Shown here: positions 19,873 through 28,889 of the stretch, piece after piece
Layout: each line of letters starts with the position of its first letter
How positions within the stretch are numbered: position 1 is the stretch's first letter
Notes under the pieces: model-generated
What the model saw: the letters and a program-made list of their open reading frames with translations, nothing else
Database searches by the model: none
What the model was told of the DNA's origin: nothing
Source of the DNA: Thermodesulfobacteriota bacterium
Lineage (GTDB): Bacteria; Desulfobacterota; Binatia; Bin18
Assembly: GCA_964291405.2 (NCBI GenBank)
Contig: OZ219926.1
Location: 1,856,001 to 1,920,000, forward strand
Direction: 5' to 3'
Length of the DNA: 64,000 nt
Translations under genes and position numbers: made by a program

Positions 19873-22482
19873 ATGCCGGAGATGGAGACCAAGCGATGGC
19901 AATGTGGGGTATTGGTGGGGTTCTGGGTCCTGACAGGCGCGCTGACAGTCTCGGCCCAAGAGACGAGTCAGTCAGAGCCGGCTGCCGCACAAGACATCGG
20001 GCAACAGGAGTCGGTCGTAGGCCTCGAAGCCCTCAAGGTAATCGGCTCCCGCGTGGCGGGCCGCTCGGCCCAGGATTCCGTGGTGCCGGTAGACATTATT
20101 CAGGGCGAGGACTTACAGACCTACGGCATCCGGGACATGGACTCGCTGCTGTCCGCCAGCGTGCCGTCCTATAACGTCAACCAGCAGCCCATCAGCGACG
20201 CTGCCACCCTGATTCGCCCGGCCAACCTGCGCGGGTTGCCGCCCGACTCCACGCTGGTGCTCGTCAACGGTAAGCGCCGCCACCGCGCCTCGGTCATCCC
20301 TGAATTTGGAGGCATTTCAAATGGGTCGCATGGGGCCGATATTTCCGCGATACCGGCCATTGCGTTGGACCGGGTGGAAGTCCTGCGCGACGGCGCCGCG
20401 GCCCAGTACGGCTCCGACGCCATCGCGGGGATTCTGAACTTCAAGCTACGCGAAGACCGGGAGGGCCTAACGGTCCAGACCAGCTATGGCCAGAACTATC
20501 ACGGTGACGGCGACAAGGTGAATGTAGCCGCCAACCTCGGGCTGCCACTGACCGAGCGTGGCTTTGCCAATTTCAGCTTCGAATTCGCCAACGCGGACGA
20601 GACCAGCCGGAGTGCGCAGCGCGCCGATGCTCGAGGCTTGATTGAAGCCGGTAACGAGCATGTACGCCGGCCGGCGACCCAGATTTGGGGGGCGCCCGAA
20701 GTCCAGTACGACTACAAATTTTTCGGTAATTTGGGCTTGGACCTGGAGGAGTTGAACAGTCGCGTGTATGTGTTTGGCAACTATGCGGAGCGCAGAGTCG
20801 AGGGCGGCTTCTTTTTTCGTAATCCCAACACCCGCGGCGGGATATTCGATGGCGGCGAGAATCTCCTGGTCGCCGACCTGTCGGACGACCGTCAGGGCTG
20901 TCCTCCAATTGCGAAGAACCCCGCGGCCGATTATGCCGCAGCATTGGCGGGGTTGCCCGACCACTGCTTCGCCTTTAACGAGCGCTTTCCGGGCGGCTTC
21001 ACGCCGCGTTACGGCGGGGTCGTCGAGGACTGGAGCATCAGCTTCGGCCTGCGTGGGGAAGTCGAGAGCGCGTCGGCGCTGCTCAATGGCTGGTTCTATG
21101 ACGCCAGCGCCAGCTTCGGCCATAACAGCGTCGATTTCTTTATGCACAACACCATCAACCCCCAACTCGCCGCCATGCGCACCAACATCCCGACCTCTTA
21201 CAAGCCCGGCGGCTACCGGGAGTTTGACAAGGTGTTTAACCTGGACATCTCCCGGCCGTTCGATGTGGGGCTGTTCTATTCGGCATTGAACTTCGCTTTC
21301 GGGCTGGAGTACCGCGAGGAAGAGTTTGAGATCAAATCCGGCGGAGAGAACTCCTGGTATGTTGACAACAGTCCCGGCGGCCTGGCGGCTCAGGGCTTCG
21401 GCATCGGCTCCAACGGGTTTCAAGGCTTCGGGCCGGAGATAGCCGGCACGTTCAACCGGGGCAGTTATGCCGGCTATCTGGACCTGGAAGCTGAGGTGAT
21501 CAAAAACCTGACCATCGGCCTCGCCGGGCGGTATGAGGCCTACGAGGGGATCGCGGATACCCTGGACGGCAAGGTCTCCGCCCGCTGGCAGTTGGTGGAA
21601 GCTCTTGCTGTGCGCGGTTCGGTCAGCTCGGGCTTTCGCGCCCCGACCGTGGGACAGACCAACTACCGCAAGACCTCGACCTCACTGGAGGGAAACCGGC
21701 TGGTGGACAACGCGATCCTACCGCCGGACCACCCGGCGGCAGTCCTGAAAGGCGGCAAGCAACTGGAGCCGGAAAAATCGATCAATTATTCCGTGGGTAC
21801 GGTCTTCAGCATGGGCGACCTCGACGTGACCGTCGACTACTACCGCATCAAGGTGCAGGGCCGCCTCGCCTTGACGAGCAATCTCAAGCTGACGCAGGCG
21901 GATATCGACACGCTCCTGGCCCAGGGTCTTTCAGACGCACGCAGCTTCGCGGGGGTGAACTTCTTCACCAATGATTTCGATACCACCACCCAAGGCGTAG
22001 ACGTCGTGGCAACCTATCCGCTCCACACTTTCACCGGTCAGACCCTGCTGACCTTCGTGGGCAACTGGACCGACACTCAGGTGGATAGCTTTAACCCGGA
22101 CATAATCAATCCCAGGCGACGGCGACAGTATGAAGACGCCCTACCGGAGTTTCGCTTCTCCCTCACGGCCGACCACACCTGGGGGCCGTGGCGATTTCTG
22201 ACCCGGCTGCATTACTACGACGGCTTTTTCGAGGATATCGTTGAGGCTGGCTTGACCTCCATAAACGGGGAACGCTGGCTCACCGATATGGAACTCTCCT
22301 ACACCTTCAGGAATCTGCCGTTCATGCAGATGGCGACCTTTGCCCTCGGCGCGGAAAACCTGTTCGACCAGTATCCGCGCAGGAGTCGCTGGGCGCCCGT
22401 GCTCGGCAATAAATATCCGCCCAACTCACCCTACGGATTCAACGGCGGCTTTTATTATCTCAGAGCCAGCTTTGAGTTCTAG
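19873..22482 (+). CDS. TonB-dependent outer-membrane receptor, paralog 4 of 5
   Basis: Same motifs; start may be ATG 19882 (METKRW, cf. MKAKRW in paralog 2). Confidence 0.92.
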   Translation: MPEMETKRWQCGVLVGFWVLTGALTVSAQETSQSEPAAAQDIGQQESVVGLEALKVIGSRVAGRSAQDSVVPVDIIQGEDLQTYGIRDMDSLLSASVPSYNVNQQPISDAATLIRPANLRGLPPDSTLVLVNGKRRHRASVIPEFGGISNGSHGADISAIPAIALDRVEVLRDGAAAQYGSDAIAGILNFKLREDREGLTVQTSYGQNYHGDGDKVNVAANLGLPLTERGFANFSFEFANADETSRSAQRADARGLIEAGNEHVRRPATQIWGAPEVQYDYKFFGNLGLDLEELNSRVYVFGNYAERRVEGGFFFRNPNTRGGIFDGGENLLVADLSDDRQGCPPIAKNPAADYAAALAGLPDHCFAFNERFPGGFTPRYGGVVEDWSISFGLRGEVESASALLNGWFYDASASFGHNSVDFFMHNTINPQLAAMRTNIPTSYKPGGYREFDKVFNLDISRPFDVGLFYSALNFAFGLEYREEEFEIKSGGENSWYVDNSPGGLAAQGFGIGSNGFQGFGPEIAGTFNRGSYAGYLDLEAEVIKNLTIGLAGRYEAYEGIADTLDGKVSARWQLVEALAVRGSVSSGFRAPTVGQTNYRKTSTSLEGNRLVDNAILPPDHPAAVLKGGKQLEPEKSINYSVGTVFSMGDLDVTVDYYRIKVQGRLALTSNLKLTQADIDTLLAQGLSDARSFAGVNFFTNDFDTTTQGVDVVATYPLHTFTGQTLLTFVGNWTDTQVDSFNPDIINPRRRRQYEDALPEFRFSLTADHTWGPWRFLTRLHYYDGFFEDIVEAGLTSINGERWLTDMELSYTFRNLPFMQMATFALGAENLFDQYPRRSRWAPVLGNKYPPNSPYGFNGGFYYLRASFEF

Positions 22483-22557
22483 CGAGGAGTTCCTGAAAAA
22501 CCGGACGCCGCACGGCGGAGAGCAACCGAGACCGGTGAACAGCAATGGAGGATAAGG

Positions 22558-25134
22558 ATGAGGATAAGGCGGTGGCCGTGTTGGGGAGTAGTGGCGCTCT
22601 TCATCCTGCTGGGAGCAGTGACAGCCAGACCACAGGAAGTGGAATCGCCAGCGGAGGTCGTCGGGCTTGACACCTTGCAGGTTGTGGGGTCGCGTCTGGT
22701 CGGGCGCTCGGCCCAAGACTCACCGGTGCCGGTGGACATCATTCAGGGCGAGGACTTGCAGACCTATGGCATCCGGGACATGGATGCACTGCTGTCCGCC
22801 ACCGTCCCATCCTATAACGTCAACCAGCATCCCATCGGCGGGGACGCCACCTTTGTACGGCCGGCCAATCTGCGCGGAATGCCGCCCGACTCCACCCTGG
22901 TGCTCATCAACGGCAAACGCCGCCACCGCTCTGCGGTCATTGCCTTCTCCGCGGACGGCAGCAATCGCGGGACGCAGGGCGCCGACCTGTCTGTCATCCC
23001 GGCCATCGCACTGGATCGGGTCGAAGTCCTGCGCGATGGCGCCGCGGCCCAGTACGGCTCGGATGCCATCGCCGGTATCCTGAACTTCAAGCTGAAGGAG
23101 GCGTCCGAGGGCCTGTCACTCCACACCAGTTGGGGCCAGACCTATCACGGTGACGGAGACAAGGTGAATGTCGCCGTCAACCTGGGTCTGCCGCTGACCG
23201 ACAACGGTTTTGCCAACTTCAGCTTCGAGTTCCTGAACGCCGACGAAACCAGCCGCAGCGTGCAGCGCAGGGATGCACAAGGGCTGATCGAGGCCGGCAA
23301 TATGCATGTGCGCCGACCCGCGGCCCAGATCTGGGGGGCGCCCGAAATCCAGTACGACTACAAGTTCTTCGGCAACCTCGGCCTGGACCTGGAGGCGCTC
23401 GACGCCCGGCTGTACGCCTTTGGCAACTACGCCGAGCGCAAGGTGGAGGGCGGCTTCTTTTTCCGTAACCCCAACACGCGCGGCGGGATATTCAGGGGCG
23501 ACCCGCTTGAAGACGGCACGCCCACGGTCCGGGTGGCCGACCTGTCCGGCACTGGCCTCGGCTGTCCCGCCGTGCCTGCCAACCCGGCGGCCGACTACAC
23601 CGGCGTGAATTTGCCCGAGCACTGCTTCCTCTTCAACGAGCGCTTTCCCGGCGGTTTCATACCTCGTTTTGGCGGCTACCTCCAGGACTGGAGCATCGCC
23701 TTTGGCCTGCGCGGGGAATTGGAAAGCACATACGGCTTGCTGAACGGCTGGTCATACGACGCCAGCGCCAGCTTCGGCTACAACAGTATTGATTTCTTCA
23801 TCCACAACACCATCAACCCGCAACTGGCCGCCCTGCGCATCGCTATTCCCACGAAATACCGACCCGGTGGAAACGCGCAGTTTGAGCGGACGTTCAACCT
23901 GGATATTGCCAGGCCCCTGGATATCGGCCTCTTCCACTCTCCGCTGAACATGGCCTTCGGATTTGAGTATCACATGGAGGAGTTCGAACAGAAAGTTGGG
24001 GAAGCGCAGTCCTGGTTCATCGATGAAAACCTGAGAAATCAGGGTTTTACCATTGGCTCCAACGGGTTTGCGGGCTACCCGCCGCAGTCGGCCGGCGTGT
24101 TCGAACGCAACAACTATGCGCTGTATCTGGACCTGGAAGCTGAAGTCATACAGTCCCTCAGCCTCGGCCTGGCCGGGCGATATGAAAACTTCGACAGCGC
24201 AATAGGAGAGTCGCTGAACGGCAAGGGGTCGGTCCGCTGGCAACTGCTGGACGCTCTGGCCCTGCGCGGTTCGGTCGGTTCGGGCTTCCGTGCCCCAACA
24301 CCGGGACAGGCGAACATCCGGAAAATCAACTCGCAGTTTACCACCGCAGGCCTAGTCGACCAAGGCATTTTCCCCTCGCATCACCCGGTCTCGGCCTTCT
24401 TCGGAGGCAGGCCGTTGGAGTCGGAAAAATCGGTCAACTATTCCGTCGGCAGCGTGTTCAACGCGGGTGACTTCAGTCTGACCGTCGACTATTATCGGAT
24501 CAAAATTCAGGATCGCATCGGACTGACGCAGGATTTCAGAGTCCCGGACGAGCAGCGGGCGGCCTTCGACCGCCTCGCTCCCGACGCGAGTACCCTCACC
24601 TCGGTGCGCTACTTCACCAATGCGTTTGACACGACCGCGCAAGGGGTCGATATCGTGGCGACCTATCCGCTGGCAACGCGGGTCGGTGACACCATGTTGA
24701 CCTTTGCCGGCAACTGGAACCGGCTGAGGCTCGACCGCTTCGATCCGCACGTCATCAATACCAAGCAGGTGCGTCAGATAGAGGATGGCTTGCCGCAATT
24801 CCGGTTTTCGCTGACCGCGGATCACACCTACGGACCGTGGCGCTTCCTGACCCGCGTGTATTTCTACGACGAATTTTTTGAAGCCCACGCCAACACCGAA
24901 ACGCGTTTCCTGACCGCCGGGGAGCGGTGGCTGATGGATGTCGAAGCCTCGTACACCCTGCTGACGCTGCCCTTCACCCAGGCGGTGATTCTTGCAGTAG
25001 GCGCGGAAAACGTGTTCGACACCTACCCGCGCAGAAATCCGTACGCGCGCGATACGGGCGCGAAATACCCGGAATCCTCACCCTACGGCTTTGGCGGCGG
25101 CTTCTACTACGTACGGGCTGGCTTTGAGTTCTAG
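22558..25134 (+). CDS. TonB-dependent outer-membrane receptor, paralog 5 of 5
   Basis: Same motifs; RBS GGAGG upstream. Confidence 0.92.
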   Translation: MRIRRWPCWGVVALFILLGAVTARPQEVESPAEVVGLDTLQVVGSRLVGRSAQDSPVPVDIIQGEDLQTYGIRDMDALLSATVPSYNVNQHPIGGDATFVRPANLRGMPPDSTLVLINGKRRHRSAVIAFSADGSNRGTQGADLSVIPAIALDRVEVLRDGAAAQYGSDAIAGILNFKLKEASEGLSLHTSWGQTYHGDGDKVNVAVNLGLPLTDNGFANFSFEFLNADETSRSVQRRDAQGLIEAGNMHVRRPAAQIWGAPEIQYDYKFFGNLGLDLEALDARLYAFGNYAERKVEGGFFFRNPNTRGGIFRGDPLEDGTPTVRVADLSGTGLGCPAVPANPAADYTGVNLPEHCFLFNERFPGGFIPRFGGYLQDWSIAFGLRGELESTYGLLNGWSYDASASFGYNSIDFFIHNTINPQLAALRIAIPTKYRPGGNAQFERTFNLDIARPLDIGLFHSPLNMAFGFEYHMEEFEQKVGEAQSWFIDENLRNQGFTIGSNGFAGYPPQSAGVFERNNYALYLDLEAEVIQSLSLGLAGRYENFDSAIGESLNGKGSVRWQLLDALALRGSVGSGFRAPTPGQANIRKINSQFTTAGLVDQGIFPSHHPVSAFFGGRPLESEKSVNYSVGSVFNAGDFSLTVDYYRIKIQDRIGLTQDFRVPDEQRAAFDRLAPDASTLTSVRYFTNAFDTTAQGVDIVATYPLATRVGDTMLTFAGNWNRLRLDRFDPHVINTKQVRQIEDGLPQFRFSLTADHTYGPWRFLTRVYFYDEFFEAHANTETRFLTAGERWLMDVEASYTLLTLPFTQAVILAVGAENVFDTYPRRNPYARDTGAKYPESSPYGFGGGFYYVRAGFEF

Positions 25135-26177
25135 CCTGACCGACGGGTCGGCTGCGGATCAGGCCGGGGAGTTTTCTCCGGAAAAAGGGCGTAGCCGGCG
25201 CGGACCAGGACGATCAGACCGACCGAGTTGTAGACGGCCTCGCGTGCGCGTTTGAGAAGCATGAGCGTCAGACCGGCGCTCTCCTCAATACCGAGCAGAC
25301 GGCAAAGGAAGACCCCACCCGCTTCACGCACCCCCAGCGCGCCCGGTATGATCAACGCCGCGGCTGTGACGGGTTGAATCATGGTTTCAATAATGAGGGC
25401 GTCCATCCAACTGACCGGTGCGCCGATCAGAATCAAAAACACATAGACTTCCACCGCCCCAACCGCCCAGCCCAGAAAATGATACAGGCTGGCCGCAATG
25501 AAATCCTTGGCGTCTCCGTCATACAAATGAAAGAGATGCGTATCGATGTGCTTGGCCCGTTCCTGCCAGTGCGCCAGGCGGCTCCAGCCGGGAAATCGAC
25601 GCCGTAGCCAGCCGACGCATTTTTCAACAAGACCCCGCTGCTGCCAGCGCACAATAACCATCACAAACCCGTACGCCATGACAAAAACGGCACCGAATAT
25701 CCACCAGGCATGGTAGCCGATATCCAGGCGATACAGAAAAAACGGCAGGCCCAGCACAATAAAAGCAACCTGAGAGACGGTCAGGGCCGTCTTGGCAGCG
25801 ACAACCGAGGCCGCGCCAACATCGGAGGTCACGCCGTGTTGTCGCAGGAGATAGACCTTGACAGCCTCGCCACCGACATTCGCCGTTGGGGTCAGATTAT
25901 TGATGGCCTCCCCAGCCAGTCGGGTGAGCGAAAGCTGAAGCAGGGAGAGCTGCCTGGCGGCCACTGAGCCGCCCATGGTATAGCCCCAGCCCTTGGCGTC
26001 AAACAGCGCCACAAAGCTCTGCGGGATCAGGACCAGGGGGGCGAGCCAGCCAATGTGGTAGAGATGCTGTGCGACCTCAGCAATACCGACCTTCCAGAAA
26101 AGAATCCCCAGCAAACTGAGGCCGAGCAGAGCGGCGCCAAGCTGGAGGACCCGGCTCTTTTTCTGCGCGGCGGTCAT
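25131..26177 (-). CDS. hpnL: Lysylphosphatidylglycerol synthase TM-domain / flippase-like membrane protein (HpnL-like)
   Basis: RLAGEAINNLTPTANVGGE, IPGALGVREAG, KRARE motifs; hopanoid context. Confidence 0.7.
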   Translation of the reverse strand: MTAAQKKSRVLQLGAALLGLSLLGILFWKVGIAEVAQHLYHIGWLAPLVLIPQSFVALFDAKGWGYTMGGSVAARQLSLLQLSLTRLAGEAINNLTPTANVGGEAVKVYLLRQHGVTSDVGAASVVAAKTALTVSQVAFIVLGLPFFLYRLDIGYHAWWIFGAVFVMAYGFVMVIVRWQQRGLVEKCVGWLRRRFPGWSRLAHWQERAKHIDTHLFHLYDGDAKDFIAASLYHFLGWAVGAVEVYVFLILIGAPVSWMDALIIETMIQPVTAAALIIPGALGVREAGGVFLCRLLGIEESAGLTLMLLKRAREAVYNSVGLIVLVRAGYALFPEKTPRPDPQPTRRSG

Positions 26178-26199
26178 ACCTGGGTTTCTCTAGGGAGCG

Positions 26200-26253
26200 A
26201 AAGAGTAAACGTGTCAACAGCTTTGTATCTATTGAAAGACACGTTTACTCTTT
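26200..26253. repeat. Long-spaced inverted repeat element, copy 2
   Basis: Perfect 16-bp inverted repeat AAAGAGTAAACGTGTC-N22-GACACGTTTACTCTTT. Confidence 0.75.
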
Positions 26254-26322
26254 GCGGACGGAGGAAGGGCGGTACGGGCTGCAAGCAGTCGCTCTCTTGT
26301 CCAGGTGCGTGTCTTGGGTCTG

Positions 26323-27222
26323 TTACTCAGGGGCTCCGGACGGAAGGCCGGCCATCTCTCGGATAACAGTCGCCAGCGCGCCCCAGTCGAGGTCGCCCCG
26401 TCCTCTGGCAAAGGCGGCCCGCAAATGGTTGTCAGCCAGGTCGGCCAGCGGCAGGGGCGCGGCAACATCTTTGGCCAGCTTTTGCATCAGCCCAACATCT
26501 TTCAGTCCCAGCGCCAGCGCAAAGCCCGCAGGAACAAACTCCTGTTTGGCGATCCGGCTGCCATAGCCCTGGAACAGAGGCACGGGCAGCAACGCTCGGA
26601 TCAGCTCCAGAACGGTCTCGTTTTGTAAGCCGCCCTTCTCGGCCAAAGTCAGCGCCTCGCTGATGGTTTCGATGCCGGCAATTACAAAAAAGTTTCCCAC
26701 CAGCTTGAGGACATTGGCGAGGTGAGGCTCTTCACCCACCACGATAACCCCCTGCCCCATGGCCTCGAACGCGGGTCGGCAACGGTCGATGGCCGTGGCC
26801 GGGCCGGCCGGACAGATCCACAGTTTTGCCGCTGCCGCAGCCTCCGGACGGCCGAAGACCGGCGAGGCCACAAAATGCGCCCCTCGGTCGTGATACAGCG
26901 GCGCTAGTTCTTTGGTCACATCGGGCGAGACGGTACTCATATCAACATGAATCCCGTCCGGTTTGAGGCCGGCCAGAATGCCGTCCTCACCTAGCGCAAT
27001 CGCCCGGAGCGCGGCATCGTCAGCAATAATGCTGATCACAATATCGGACTGCGCGGCCAGCTCGCGGGGAGAATCGGCCCACCGCGCTCCGTTTTGGCGC
27101 AAGGTGTCGGCCCGTGAGGCCGTACGATTAAAAACCGCGAGGGGAAAATCAGCGTCGATCAGATTCTGCGCCATGGGCAGGCCCATCCTGCCCAGTCCAA
27201 TAAAGCCAATTGAAGGGGTCAT
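26323..27222 (-). CDS. NAD(P)-dependent beta-hydroxyacid dehydrogenase (3-hydroxyisobutyrate dehydrogenase family)
   Basis: Start re-called at MTPSIGFIGLGRMG; DMSTVSP, SPVFG, KLVGN, KDV. Confidence 0.88.
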   Translation of the reverse strand: MTPSIGFIGLGRMGLPMAQNLIDADFPLAVFNRTASRADTLRQNGARWADSPRELAAQSDIVISIIADDAALRAIALGEDGILAGLKPDGIHVDMSTVSPDVTKELAPLYHDRGAHFVASPVFGRPEAAAAAKLWICPAGPATAIDRCRPAFEAMGQGVIVVGEEPHLANVLKLVGNFFVIAGIETISEALTLAEKGGLQNETVLELIRALLPVPLFQGYGSRIAKQEFVPAGFALALGLKDVGLMQKLAKDVAAPLPLADLADNHLRAAFARGRGDLDWGALATVIREMAGLPSGAPE

Positions 27223-27257
27223 ATCTGCTTTGTCCTTTGAGTCGGTTGGGTCGGTTG

Positions 27258-27284
27258 GGTCTGTTGAGTCGGACTCAACAGACC
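27258..27284. repeat. Perfect palindrome GGTCTGTTGAGTC-G-GACTCAACAGACC preceded by GTCGGTTGG tandem units (REP-like or terminator)
   Basis: 13-bp arms read directly from the sequence, intergenic. Confidence 0.55.
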
Positions 27285-27289
27285 TAATC

Positions 27290-27679
27290 TCAGTGCATGG
27301 CGTGTGGTTCGCGCAGAATAAATTCGGCGATTTCCGCATCAAACTGCTCGCCGTCAGCCGTGGTCATCTGATAGCTGCCGCGCATGGAGCCAAAGGGTGT
27401 GGTTAGCGGACAGCCCGAGGTGTACTCAAAAGATTGGCCCTGCGCCAGGACGGGCTGCTCGCCCACCACGCCCGGTCCTTTGACTTCTTCCACATGGCCG
27501 GTCGCGTCGGTAATAATCCAGTGGCGGGTCATGAGCTGAGCGGTAACCGACCCTTCGTTGGTGATGCGGATAGTATACAGGAAGAACCACTGGCTCTGCT
27601 GAGGAGAAGAGCGGGTCGGGTCGTATTGGGTTTCCACGCTGATGCGAATCCCTCGGGTGACTGTTTCAGAGGCTGGCAC
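27290..27679 (-). CDS. apaG: ApaG protein
   Basis: YTIRITNEG..QLMTRHWIITD, GPGVVGEQP, YTSGCPL..G.MRG.YQM; GTG start with GAGGAGG RBS. Confidence 0.93.
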   Translation of the reverse strand: MPASETVTRGIRISVETQYDPTRSSPQQSQWFFLYTIRITNEGSVTAQLMTRHWIITDATGHVEEVKGPGVVGEQPVLAQGQSFEYTSGCPLTTPFGSMRGSYQMTTADGEQFDAEIAEFILREPHAMH

Positions 27680-27775
27680 GCTGTCTCCTCCTCTTTCTCT
27701 CATTGGTCCACATGTCGGACAAACATGTCGGGAGTGTATGACCGCCCTGCCAGCGCGTCAACCAAGGACGTCAAC

Positions 27776-28207
27776 TTACTCCTCGGCCAGGGCCGCCGTG
27801 ATATCGGCCGCCAGTTGCCGGCCCGTTTCATTGTCCAGCGTGCCTGCCGGCCATTGAATGCCGAGCCCCGCGCCCTCAGTTGCCTCCGGGAATCTGGGAA
27901 TAATATGGAAGTGGACGTGCATCACGGCCTGATGCGCGCTGGCACCGTTATTTTGCAGGACGTTGAACGCCGTAGCCCCGGTGGCTTTGAGGACGGCCCG
28001 GCTCAGGCGGGGGAGCACTCGGCCGAGGGCCGCCGCGGATTCGTCCGAAAGCTGGTCTATTGTTTCTGCCGGCTCTTTTGGGATGAGCAGGGTATGGCCG
28101 CTGCTCAGCGGACCAATATCAAGAAATGCGAAGACCTGGTCGTCTTCATAGATTTTGTGACACGGGATCTCACCAGCAATGATTTTCAAAAAGATTGTCT
28201 CTGCCAT
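27776..28207 (-). CDS. HIT family nucleotide hydrolase (HinT-like)
   Basis: Start re-called at MAETIFLKIIAGEIP; HVHFHIIP histidine triad. Confidence 0.92.
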   Translation of the reverse strand: MAETIFLKIIAGEIPCHKIYEDDQVFAFLDIGPLSSGHTLLIPKEPAETIDQLSDESAAALGRVLPRLSRAVLKATGATAFNVLQNNGASAHQAVMHVHFHIIPRFPEATEGAGLGIQWPAGTLDNETGRQLAADITAALAEE

Positions 28208-28376
28208 ACCCCGAGAGTAGCGTATGACCGGACAGGCGGCTAGGGTTGGGGCCCTCCGCTTCCCCTCCTTGGAGGGGTGGTGCAGATTACCTCCCCCAGG
28301 ACCGGACCAGCGGGCCCTTTTGCCCTCACCTCTCCCTTTGCCCAAGGGGCGAGGGGCTCTTTTCTTGCTCTTGCTG

Positions 28377-28401
28377 CCTGGGAGAGCGGCCATCCTGGCC
28401 G
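28377..28401 (+). repeat. REP-like repeat CCTGGGAG(A/C/G)GCGGC(C/T)ATC(C/T)TGGCCG, copy 1
   Basis: Near-identical copies at 28748-28798 and 36411-36462. Confidence 0.7.
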
Positions 28402-28403
28402 AC

Positions 28404-28722
28404 GGCGTATGGCACAGAGCGGCTGGACCCAGAGCCGGTGAGAATAGCGGCCATTCAGGCGGAACTGAAGAGCAAACGAAAACCGCTGAACGACACGCTC
28501 CGGGCGCTGGTCGAGCAGAGCAAAATCGGGTGCGTCGGGAGCGGAAAAAGGGGCGATCCGTACCGCTATTTTGCTGTTCCCGAGGGTCCCGAAAACGCGG
28601 CGGTTTCGGCAGCAGGCCGGGAACAGCAACTGTCCAGCGATTCCAAAGGGTTAGGCCCTGAAAAAAAAGCTGTTCCGCTGTTCCCGACCTATAATGGGGA
28701 ACAGAAAGAACAGCAAATCTGA
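28404..28722 (+). pseudogene. Orphan fragment resembling the C-terminal wHTH region of a phage/satellite primase-helicase or AAA ATPase
   Basis: Translation ...LRALVEQSKIGCVGSGKRGDPYRY...AVPLFPTYNGEQKEQQI; no good start; several TGTTCC/GGAACA repeats in both orientations. Confidence 0.4.
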
Positions 28723-28747
28723 TAAGGGGCCGCTCACCCTCCCACTT

Positions 28748-28798
28748 CCTGGGAGCGCGGCCATCTTGGCCGCTTGCGGGCTGGAAGCCCGCACTCCT
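28748..28798 (+). repeat. REP-like repeat, copy 2 (extended with GCGGGCTGGAAGCCCGC hairpin)
   Basis: Matches 28377-28401 and 36411-36462. Confidence 0.7.
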
Positions 28799-28889
28799 GG
28801 CCCCCTGGCGCAGACAGGCACGGCGCAGGGGAGCGGGGAGCCGCCGAGTAATGTCATTGGCATCACACGTTTGGGAGTAGGGCTCCGGC

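Noticed and set aside
11567-24888. Long minus-strand ORFs within the receptor genes (e.g. 12494-13756, 17192-18286, 20467-21423)
   Set aside because: Antisense shadows of GC-rich coding sequence with no protein motifs
11429-25134. Diversity-generating retroelement or shufflon acting on the receptor array
   Set aside because: No reverse transcriptase or recombinase in the window, differences are not adenine-specific, and all five copies are full-length co-oriented genes
27241-28800. CRISPR array
   Set aside because: Repeats are REP-like hairpins or short tandem units without regular spacers; no cas genes
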